Shown piece by piece: positions 39,604-47,160 of a DNA stretch of 64,000 nucleotides. Location: the NCBI GenBank assembly GCA_017410075.1, contig JAFQRK010000040.1, positions 78 through 64,077 on the forward strand. Reading direction: 5' to 3'. The notes beneath the pieces were generated by a model. It ran no database searches and had not been told where the DNA came from. It saw nothing but the letters and a program-made list of their open reading frames with translations. Made by a program: the position numbers and the translations under genes. Every line of letters starts with the position of its first letter. Positions within the stretch are counted from its first letter, which is position 1. Source of the DNA: Oscillospiraceae bacterium (lineage in GTDB: Bacteria > Bacillota > Clostridia > Oscillospirales > Oscillospiraceae).

Positions 39604-40899
39604 TTACCTTTTCGCGGCCTGGCAGATGGTTTCGATAAAAGTCTTCTTTACCACCGACTGCTCATGATTGCGCTTGCCGCAATCAAAGGCCTTGTGTCCG
39701 TATTCGTTGATTTTTTTAGGATCGGCAAGCAGCTTTTCCAACTGCGACCGCACCTGAGAATAATCTGTGGCGATCACCGCCGCATCATTTTCCTGCAGAT
39801 AGGCGATGGGGGCAATACTTTCATCGCCGATGGCAAAAATACACTTGCCGCTGGCGAAATAGTCTGTCAGCTTGGTGGAGAAGGACAGCCGGGCATCAAA
39901 GCGATGTCTGGCCTCCAGCGATTCCACGAATACCACCACATCGGCACTTCTCTGAATTTCTGCCACCTGCTCCTTGGGCACGACGCCCCGATAGGTACAG
40001 CCGTTTTCATTCAGCCACTGCATCGTTTTGTCGTCCAGTACGGTGGGAGAATAGATATCCAGGGTGGCCACTGTGCCGTCCTTGTTGATCTCCTTCAGCG
40101 CCTTGGAAATGGCCACCAGAGAAGATGCTCTGCCGATCAGCAGATTGCCGGTGTAGACCATCTTCACCGGCTTTTGCACCTGCTTTTCCGCAAAAGTCAG
40201 CCGGCTGTAGTCAATGCCCTTGGTCAGCACCACGCTGCGGGTGCCGAAAAGTCGGTCTGTATCCTCCGCCTCGATTTTGGTGATGGTGAACATAGCGTCG
40301 CAGTTTGTTGCCAGCGCCTTCACCTGCTTACGCAAAAAGAAGCGGTGAATGTAGGCAAATACATTCTTTCCGCAGGGTAAGTAGGAGTAATTGTCATCCG
40401 CCAGATAGCAAACATAAGGCTTGGGATGCTTTTTCAGAATGTAGCGCTGGATCTTGCCCATATAGGCAACGGGGTAAATGGGTACAAAATACACATCCGC
40501 GTCAAAATCGCTGACAAACTTGTCCAGCGCTGCTGTTTTCCACTTACCCAAAGACCAGACCAGCTCCCGGGCCAGGGTCATCAGCCAGGACTTTTTCTTA
40601 TGGGCCTGGGTATACAGCTTCTGCTCTGCTTCCAGCGCCTTTTGATCGGCGGCAATGCCGTTTTGTACCTCACGGCCCACCGGCTTTCTGCTTAGAACGC
40701 TTTTGATAACGGCATTCTCTGAGATCTGAAAAAACTTGTTGCACACCGGCGTATTGGGGGTATCTGATCGGGTATAGATCTGCGCCACCTTACTGGGATC
40801 CCAAAATTTAAACAGATCCGTCTGGGTGTGGATGCCGCTGCCTTCTTTCCAAGTGCTTAAGGAAATGGCCATCACCTTGGGAAGCATTTTTTCGTCCAT
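39604..40899 (-). CDS. Putative GT-B glycosyltransferase
   Basis: YTGNL..GR, ADVVVFVES, RLSFSTKLTDY; glycan-operon context. Confidence 0.7.
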   Translation of the reverse strand: MDEKMLPKVMAISLSTWKEGSGIHTQTDLFKFWDPSKVAQIYTRSDTPNTPVCNKFFQISENAVIKSVLSRKPVGREVQNGIAADQKALEAEQKLYTQAHKKKSWLMTLARELVWSLGKWKTAALDKFVSDFDADVYFVPIYPVAYMGKIQRYILKKHPKPYVCYLADDNYSYLPCGKNVFAYIHRFFLRKQVKALATNCDAMFTITKIEAEDTDRLFGTRSVVLTKGIDYSRLTFAEKQVQKPVKMVYTGNLLIGRASSLVAISKALKEINKDGTVATLDIYSPTVLDDKTMQWLNENGCTYRGVVPKEQVAEIQRSADVVVFVESLEARHRFDARLSFSTKLTDYFASGKCIFAIGDESIAPIAYLQENDAAVIATDYSQVRSQLEKLLADPKKINEYGHKAFDCGKRNHEQSVVKKTFIETICQAAKR

Positions 40900-40911
40900 T
40901 TTACACTCCTG

Positions 40912-41871
40912 TTATTTGACCCGATCTAGCACCTTCAGGGCTGTTGTGGTCAGTTTAAAGCCTGCGAGCCTGTAGATCTTGCCAACCAGGCGAGGCCGCT
41001 TGCTCAGGCCAAACTGAAGCAGCCGAGAAAGCTTCTTCAGTCGCCTGTTATATGTGTGCTTGCGCTTGTCCTTGATTCTTGTATAGGCAATCAGCAAATT
41101 GCTGTAATACTTGGCCAGAGAGGACAGCACGATCTGCTTCTGCTGCGGGGTGCAATCGCTGCTTTGCGCTTTTTCGTACCATTTTTCCAGGATCAGTACA
41201 AAATCCTGCAGGCTCTTGAACTTGGGCGCCGAGGTCACGGAATTGGCCCGCTGTCTGTATGCAACAAAGGGCTCGTCCACCAGTGTCAGGGAGCTGCTGC
41301 TCAGGATCACATAATAGATCCAGTCCATATCCTCGCAGGACAGGCTTTCATCAAAGCGGATGTTGTTGTCCCGGATCACGCTGGCCTTGATGCACTTGTT
41401 CCAGGCCATACCGTAAAAGGCATCGGCAGCAATCATCGCTTTCAGCGTGTCGAAATATGCGCCTTCGCCAAAGCCGGCAAAGCTATATGTGCACGACGAG
41501 AGCTGCTTGGTCTCATCGTCGAATTTTTTGTGTTTATAGAAAATAATGTCAGGACCTGCGGCTTCCGTCATCTTCTGCAGGAAGTCCCGATCCATAATAA
41601 AATCATCGCTGTCGATGTAGATGATATAATCGCCCTTTGCCACGGCTGTGCCCATATTCCGGGCAGAGGACTGGCCGCCGTTTTCCTTGTGGATCACCCG
41701 GATGCGGGAATCCTTGGCAGCATAGGCGTCGCAAATGGCGCCAGTGCCGTCTTTGGAGCCGTCGTTGACCAAAATGACCTCAAAGGTACCCACCGTCTGC
41801 GCCAGAATGGAATCGACACACTCGGCAAGGTACTTTTCCACATTGTAACAAGGGATGATAATACTAAACAT
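40912..41871 (-). CDS. GT2 glycosyltransferase
   Basis: SIIIPCYN, HKENGGQSSARN, YIDSDD, CED. Confidence 0.9.
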   Translation of the reverse strand: MFSIIIPCYNVEKYLAECVDSILAQTVGTFEVILVNDGSKDGTGAICDAYAAKDSRIRVIHKENGGQSSARNMGTAVAKGDYIIYIDSDDFIMDRDFLQKMTEAAGPDIIFYKHKKFDDETKQLSSCTYSFAGFGEGAYFDTLKAMIAADAFYGMAWNKCIKASVIRDNNIRFDESLSCEDMDWIYYVILSSSSLTLVDEPFVAYRQRANSVTSAPKFKSLQDFVLILEKWYEKAQSSDCTPQQKQIVLSSLAKYYSNLLIAYTRIKDKRKHTYNRRLKKLSRLLQFGLSKRPRLVGKIYRLAGFKLTTTALKVLDRVK

Positions 41872-41882
41872 AGCTTACTCCA

Positions 41883-43034
41883 TCATTGACCCAGAATCTG
41901 CTGATAGTCGCGCCGCTGATTTTCCAGCATAATGGGGCGGGCGTACCGCTCCTTGGTTCTCAAATAGGCCTGCTGACCCAGCTGTGCGGCAAATTCCCGA
42001 TGCTGCAGCAGCTCCTGCATTGCGCAAAGCAGCTGCTCCTTGCTTTTGGCATCCACCAGCAGGCAGGATTCGCCGTCCGCAAACACCTCCGATGCACCGG
42101 GGATCCTGGTGGTGATGATCGGCAGAGCCAGCGCACCGGCCTCCTGCAGCACCATACCGAAGCCCTCCCGATAGGTCGGATGCACCAGCACATTCATGGC
42201 AGAATAGTATTTTTTCATTTCTTCGCCGGGCACGCTGCCGGTCAGGATCACCCGATCCGACTCCTTCGCCCAGGTCAGCAATTCTTTGCTGACGCCGCAA
42301 TCCTCGTCCACCGGTCCGACGATCATCAGCTTGCCGTTGCCGCCGTTCTCCGCCATTTCGCGGAAAGCGCCCAGCAATTCCCGGCAGCCCTTATCCACGG
42401 TGATCCGGCCGGCAAAGCCGAAGATGAAATCATCCGCCGTCAAACCGTATCTGCTGCGGATCTCATCGCTCCACTGCTGCTTTTTCGAGACATCCAGCTC
42501 GGTAAGATCCACACCGATGGTGCCGCCGTAGCCCACAACGCTGATCTTTTCCGCCTTGCACAGGCCCTCGTTAATGGCGAACTGCCGGTTCATCGGACTC
42601 TGCGCCTTGATGAGGGTGGACTTTCTGCAAACCATTTTCTCGATGTTGCGGAAAATTCTTCTGCTCAAGCCGGAAAGGCCGGTGTAGCGGATGCCCCACT
42701 GGGCATACAGCCGCACGGGCACCTTGGCGATCTTGGCAGCAATGCTGGCATAGCACGCAGCGTTGGGCGTGGAATACTGCACCATATCAAATTGTTCACG
42801 CCGGAAGATCCTGACGAAATCCCGGATGCTTCTGAGCGCTGTCAGATCCATACCCCGGTTCATTTTCACCGGGATATAGTGCAGATACTCCGGCAGCGTC
42901 GCCGCAAATTCCTCGTCGGGGCTGCAGATCAGGGTAACATCCCAGCCCAGCTGCTGGTGGAGGTATTTTGCCGTTTCCACCACGAATACGCGCATCGTCA
43001 AGGAAACTGTTGTAATAAAACAGATTTTTTTCAT
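41883..43034 (-). CDS. GT4 glycosyltransferase (CapM/PglA-like), paralog of 24235-25383
   Basis: MKKICFITTVSLT, QYSTPNA, GRITVDKG, REGFG...EA. Confidence 0.9.
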   Translation of the reverse strand: MKKICFITTVSLTMRVFVVETAKYLHQQLGWDVTLICSPDEEFAATLPEYLHYIPVKMNRGMDLTALRSIRDFVRIFRREQFDMVQYSTPNAACYASIAAKIAKVPVRLYAQWGIRYTGLSGLSRRIFRNIEKMVCRKSTLIKAQSPMNRQFAINEGLCKAEKISVVGYGGTIGVDLTELDVSKKQQWSDEIRSRYGLTADDFIFGFAGRITVDKGCRELLGAFREMAENGGNGKLMIVGPVDEDCGVSKELLTWAKESDRVILTGSVPGEEMKKYYSAMNVLVHPTYREGFGMVLQEAGALALPIITTRIPGASEVFADGESCLLVDAKSKEQLLCAMQELLQHREFAAQLGQQAYLRTKERYARPIMLENQRRDYQQILGQ

Positions 43035-43042
43035 AGTGCCTT

Positions 43043-43879
43043 TCATTTGCCGGCTACGATCCGGCCTACCTTTTCTCGGATGATCTCCAAATTTTCCTCG
43101 TACTGCTCATTTGTAAGGGCAGAAACCTCTGCCTCTTTCAGACGGATGTTGCGGACACCTTCGATGAAAATGTCCCGAATGGTCTGCGGATCCTCGACTC
43201 GGTTGGCATCGCAGAAGCCTCTGGAGAGGATGGCTGCGGTAGAGCCCAGCCGGTAATGCTCTGTGATGATGTGCTCCGCCGGCAGCATACCCAGACCCAC
43301 CCGGGCGATTCCGCCGAAGCCGTACTTGACGCCGTATTTTTTGAATTTCTCACACAGACGCTGCACCGTTCCTTCGCACAGAAGCTGGAACATAAACTTC
43401 ATCTTGTAGGAAAGATGCAGATCGTTCAGTCCGATGTGGACCTCGTCAATACCCGGCAGGGACAGGATCTCATCTGCATTCTCCACAGATTCCGCAGTTT
43501 CAAACAGCAGCACCGTCTTGGCGCGGCCATTTACGGCTTTCAGGAAGCGTTCCACCTCTGCGCTGGTTTTGAACATAGGAAGCATGATCACATCCGCGCC
43601 GGCGGCGATGGTCTGCTCCACTTCCTCCTCTGTGCCCGGATACCGGTCAGAGGCGTCATGGATGGGATTGACCCGCACCAGCAGCTCCGCAGTGGTGACC
43701 ACCGGGCGGATCCTGCGGATGTCTGCAACAGTATGTCTGGATTTTACCGTATCCAGACCGCCCTGCCGCTCTTCCTTGCCGATATATTCCATATCCACCC
43801 AGATCCGATCTACACCGGCGGTCTGTGCGATCTGTGCAATGGCAGGCTGATTGGTTATGTACATTAAAGTCAGAGCCAT
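43043..43879 (-). CDS. HpcH/HpaI aldolase / citrate-lyase-beta family protein
   Basis: GVDRIWVDME, VRVNP, IMLPMF, LFET, HIGLNDLH. Confidence 0.8.
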   Translation of the reverse strand: MALTLMYITNQPAIAQIAQTAGVDRIWVDMEYIGKEERQGGLDTVKSRHTVADIRRIRPVVTTAELLVRVNPIHDASDRYPGTEEEVEQTIAAGADVIMLPMFKTSAEVERFLKAVNGRAKTVLLFETAESVENADEILSLPGIDEVHIGLNDLHLSYKMKFMFQLLCEGTVQRLCEKFKKYGVKYGFGGIARVGLGMLPAEHIITEHYRLGSTAAILSRGFCDANRVEDPQTIRDIFIEGVRNIRLKEAEVSALTNEQYEENLEIIREKVGRIVAGK

Positions 43880-43895
43880 AAACCGGCCCTCCTTT

Positions 43896-44492
43896 TTACT
43901 TGGCTTTTTTTGCAGGTACGCCCAAATAGGTGCCCTTTTCCGTGATGGATCTGACCACCACCGCGCCGGCGCCGATCATACAGCCGGCACAAACGCTTAG
44001 ATTTTGAATCACAACGGCACCGGCGCCGATCCAGGAGTCATCCTCCAGGCAAACCGTACCGCAAATTCTTGCTCCCACTGCGATATGCAGATAATCGCCT
44101 ACACGGCAATCGTGATCCACAGATGCGCAGGTGTTGATAATGTTGCCTCTGCCCACACTCGCGCCGGGATTGATCACAGCGCCGGCCATCACAGCCGTTC
44201 CCTGACCGATGAGCACATCCTGCGCCACCGTTGCGTTGGGATGGATCAAGGTCGCAATGCTCGCGCCGTTTTCTTCCAGCATCGTCTGCAGTCTGCGGCG
44301 GACCGAACCGTTGCCAATGGCTACGAAAAAGTCCGCGTCCTGCAGATACCGGGGATAGTCATTTATCTTACCCGCTGCATTGGCGGCGCTGTCATCCAGA
44401 AACAGGATCTCCGCATACCCCATCAGGCGGGCAATATCGGCGCACACCCGGCCTTGACCGCCGGCACCGATGATCACGATCTTATTTTTCAT
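43896..44492 (-). CDS. PglD/NeuD-like sugar N-acyltransferase
   Basis: IGAGGQG, FLDD, AIGN..R, hexapeptide repeats, DHDC, GVPAK. Confidence 0.88.
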   Translation of the reverse strand: MKNKIVIIGAGGQGRVCADIARLMGYAEILFLDDSAANAAGKINDYPRYLQDADFFVAIGNGSVRRRLQTMLEENGASIATLIHPNATVAQDVLIGQGTAVMAGAVINPGASVGRGNIINTCASVDHDCRVGDYLHIAVGARICGTVCLEDDSWIGAGAVVIQNLSVCAGCMIGAGAVVVRSITEKGTYLGVPAKKAK

Positions 44493-45121
44493 ACTTCAAC
44501 CGTCTCCGTAGCTTCTGTCGGCGTACCCTGAAAAGGCTCCATAGTCGCGCTGGTTTCAGAGCTGATGCCGTCCCGCTTTAAAACTGCCATAACCGTTCCG
44601 AAAATGATCTTCATATCGCCAACAAAGGTGATGTGATCCACATATTCCACATCCATCCGGAACTTTTCCTCCCAGGAGATGGCGTTGCGGCCGTGGATCT
44701 GGGCATAGCCGGTCATACCGGGGCGCACCTTATGGCGGCGGCGCTGCTGCGCATTATAAAGGGGCAGGTACTGTACCAGCAGCGGTCTCGGGCCCACGAT
44801 GGACATATGGCCCAGCAGGATATTGATCAGCTCCGGCAGCTCATCCAGAGATGTGCTGCGCAGGATCTTGCCGTATTTTGTCAGCCGCTGCTCGTCCGGC
44901 AGCAGATTTCCGTCTGCATCCTTTTCGCAGGTCATGGTGCGGAACTTGATCAGGCGGAATATCTTTTCATTCTTACCCGGCCGCAGCTGGGTAAAGAAGG
45001 GATTTCCTTTCATCTTTACAGCGCCCAGCACCACCAGGATCAGCAGCACCGGCGACAGCACCAAAAGCGCCATCAGCGACAGAAAAAAGTCCATCGCCCG
45101 CTTCAAACATTTTGCATACAT
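44489..45121 (-). CDS. Priming phosphoglycosyltransferase (PglC/EpsL-like)
   Basis: KRAMD, KFRTM, SLDELPEL, VGPRP, PGMTGYAQ. Confidence 0.92.
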   Translation of the reverse strand: MYAKCLKRAMDFFLSLMALLVLSPVLLILVVLGAVKMKGNPFFTQLRPGKNEKIFRLIKFRTMTCEKDADGNLLPDEQRLTKYGKILRSTSLDELPELINILLGHMSIVGPRPLLVQYLPLYNAQQRRRHKVRPGMTGYAQIHGRNAISWEEKFRMDVEYVDHITFVGDMKIIFGTVMAVLKRDGISSETSATMEPFQGTPTEATETVEV

Positions 45122-45131
45122 CCTATGTACC

Positions 45132-46397
45132 TCAATCGAAGCAGCTTCTGATCACGCGGATCACGGCATCCTGCTCCTGGGCTGTCATCTTGATATCGCT
45201 GGGCAGACACAGACCCCGGGCAAAAATATCCGCGCCCACATCTTCTGCGCCGCCTGCAATATAGGCATTGGTCTTGGCACGACCGGAGCCGCTGCGGGTA
45301 ATAAACTCGTGCAGTCTGTACATCGGCTGCATATGCATCGGCTTCCAGATGGGTCTTCCCTCGGCATTAAACGCTGCCAGCTTCTCCAAAATCTCGGTGG
45401 GGCAGGTTTTGCCCGGCTCTTTGTTGTAAAGGGCGGTAGAATCGTCTCTTACCTGCCTGCACATCGCTTCCCGGTCAATGATCACCGCGCTGAGCCAATA
45501 GTTGGGCTCTGTGCCCTCCATAATGGGACACATCTGCAGGGGCAGACCCTTCAGGCCTTCCTGATAGCGTTCGTAGATGGCCTTCTTGCGGGCGATATGC
45601 TCATTCAGATAGGGGTACTGGCCTCTGACCACGCCGGCGATCACATTGCTCATCCGGTAGTTGTAGCCAACCTCTTCGTGCTGATACCAGGGCGCATTTT
45701 CTCTGGCCTGGGTAGACCATTTGCGAGCCTTGTTGGCGACCTCGATATCGTCAGTCAGCAGGCAGCCGCCGGCGGAGCCGGTAATGATCTTGTTTCCGTT
45801 ATAGCTGACAGCACCGTAATCGCCAAAGGAGCCGCACTGCCGTCCGTCGATGGTGGCACCCATCGCCTCGGCAGCATCCTCGATCAGCAATGCGCCGTGC
45901 TTTTCGCAGATTTTTTTGATAACATCCATCCGTCCGGGGAAGCCGTACAGCTCCGCAGCCACAACCAGCTTGACATCCGGATACAGTTCAAACGCCTTCT
46001 CCAGCGCCACCGGATCCATATTCCAGGATGCTTCCTCGGTGTCGATAAATACGGGAATGCCGCCCTCGTAAACAACGGGGTTCAGCGTGGCGTCGAAGGT
46101 CATATCGGAGCAAAATACCCGCTTTCCCTCCAGCGCGCCGTGACTGATGGGAGGCTTGCCATACAGCGTTTCGCCCGCGTGCTTGACTGCCAAATGCAGC
46201 GCTGCTGTGCAGCAGGAGAGAGCAACCGCATATTTTTTCTGCGCCTGCTGTGCCGCAATGCGTTCGACCTCGTTGATATTCGCACCCACGGTGCTCATCC
46301 AATTGGTCTCATATGCCTCGGTCATATATTTCAGCTCATCACCGTGCATGGTGGGTGTGGCCAGCCATATCTTCTTGTTGGAAACTGCAGTTGACAT
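45132..46397 (-). CDS. DegT/DnrJ/EryC1/StrS sugar aminotransferase (PglE/EpsN-like)
   Basis: TAALHLA, EDAAEAMG, SYNGNKIITGSAGG, GYNYRMSN, GLCLPS. Confidence 0.9.
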   Translation of the reverse strand: MSTAVSNKKIWLATPTMHGDELKYMTEAYETNWMSTVGANINEVERIAAQQAQKKYAVALSCCTAALHLAVKHAGETLYGKPPISHGALEGKRVFCSDMTFDATLNPVVYEGGIPVFIDTEEASWNMDPVALEKAFELYPDVKLVVAAELYGFPGRMDVIKKICEKHGALLIEDAAEAMGATIDGRQCGSFGDYGAVSYNGNKIITGSAGGCLLTDDIEVANKARKWSTQARENAPWYQHEEVGYNYRMSNVIAGVVRGQYPYLNEHIARKKAIYERYQEGLKGLPLQMCPIMEGTEPNYWLSAVIIDREAMCRQVRDDSTALYNKEPGKTCPTEILEKLAAFNAEGRPIWKPMHMQPMYRLHEFITRSGSGRAKTNAYIAGGAEDVGADIFARGLCLPSDIKMTAQEQDAVIRVIRSCFD

Positions 46398-46465
46398 TCC
46401 GTCTTCCTCCAATATACTTCCGTTTTCAGCAAAAGGACATACTTATCCATAATGCTTCACCTTAA

Positions 46466-46494
46466 AGTATACCGCAAACAATGCCAAAAATCAA
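46466..46494 (-). promoter_or_regulatory. Sigma-A promoter of the second glycan operon
   Basis: Minus strand TTGATT-17 bp-TATACT. Confidence 0.6.
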
Positions 46495-46520
46495 GGACAG
46501 ATTTCCTTTTTTAGTCGCGA

Positions 46521-46560
46521 AAAACAAAGAAAACACGCCGTCCGAAGGCCGGACGGCGCA
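46521..46560 (-). terminator. Intrinsic terminator
   Basis: CGCCGTCCG/CGGACGGCG stem followed by a T-rich tail on the minus strand. Confidence 0.7.
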
Positions 46561-46562
46561 GC

Positions 46563-47087
46563 TTATTTTTGAAAGCCGTAGCTTCCTGTCAGCGGATCTG
46601 CAAAAAGTGGGATCTGCGGTGGCGAAAAAGTCCAGACCGTGAATAGCACCGCCAGCAGAAAAATCAGCAATATCCCCCATTTTCCGCAGCCGATTCCCCT
46701 CTGAAACAGCTTCGTCTGTGCCCAATAGGCTGTGCCGGCAGCCAGGAAAAACAGAGTGATGTTAAACCAATCCGCCTTGACCCCCAGGGCACCGGTATAG
46801 GTGTAGTACACCGTAACGATCAGCGAGAAGCCCAGTAAGATCCCAATCAGCTTCACACACCAAAAGCCTTTCGTTTCCCTTCCCCACACAAAATACTCGA
46901 TCGCCGCAAACAGAAGCATAGGATAAAACAGCAGCTTTAAATGCTCCCAGATGGATTCATTCACCGCAGAAAACAGCGCCGCCACCGGATTTTCGCCGGT
47001 CCAGTCGAACAGAAAATGCAGCAGCGTTCCTGCAACCGCCGTAAAGATAAAACCAATCATCTGCCAATAGGGAACTGTCTTTTTCAT
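46563..47087 (-). CDS. Conserved membrane protein (DUF6512-like)
   Basis: GTLLHFLF, VNESIWEHLK, YYTYTGA; TM segments. Confidence 0.7.
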   Translation of the reverse strand: MKKTVPYWQMIGFIFTAVAGTLLHFLFDWTGENPVAALFSAVNESIWEHLKLLFYPMLLFAAIEYFVWGRETKGFWCVKLIGILLGFSLIVTVYYTYTGALGVKADWFNITLFFLAAGTAYWAQTKLFQRGIGCGKWGILLIFLLAVLFTVWTFSPPQIPLFADPLTGSYGFQK

Positions 47088-47160
47088 ACACCTTGCACCT
47101 CGGTACAAGTATATGCGCCCGGGGCAAAAAAATGAGCCACAAAATCCGTGGCTCATTTCA

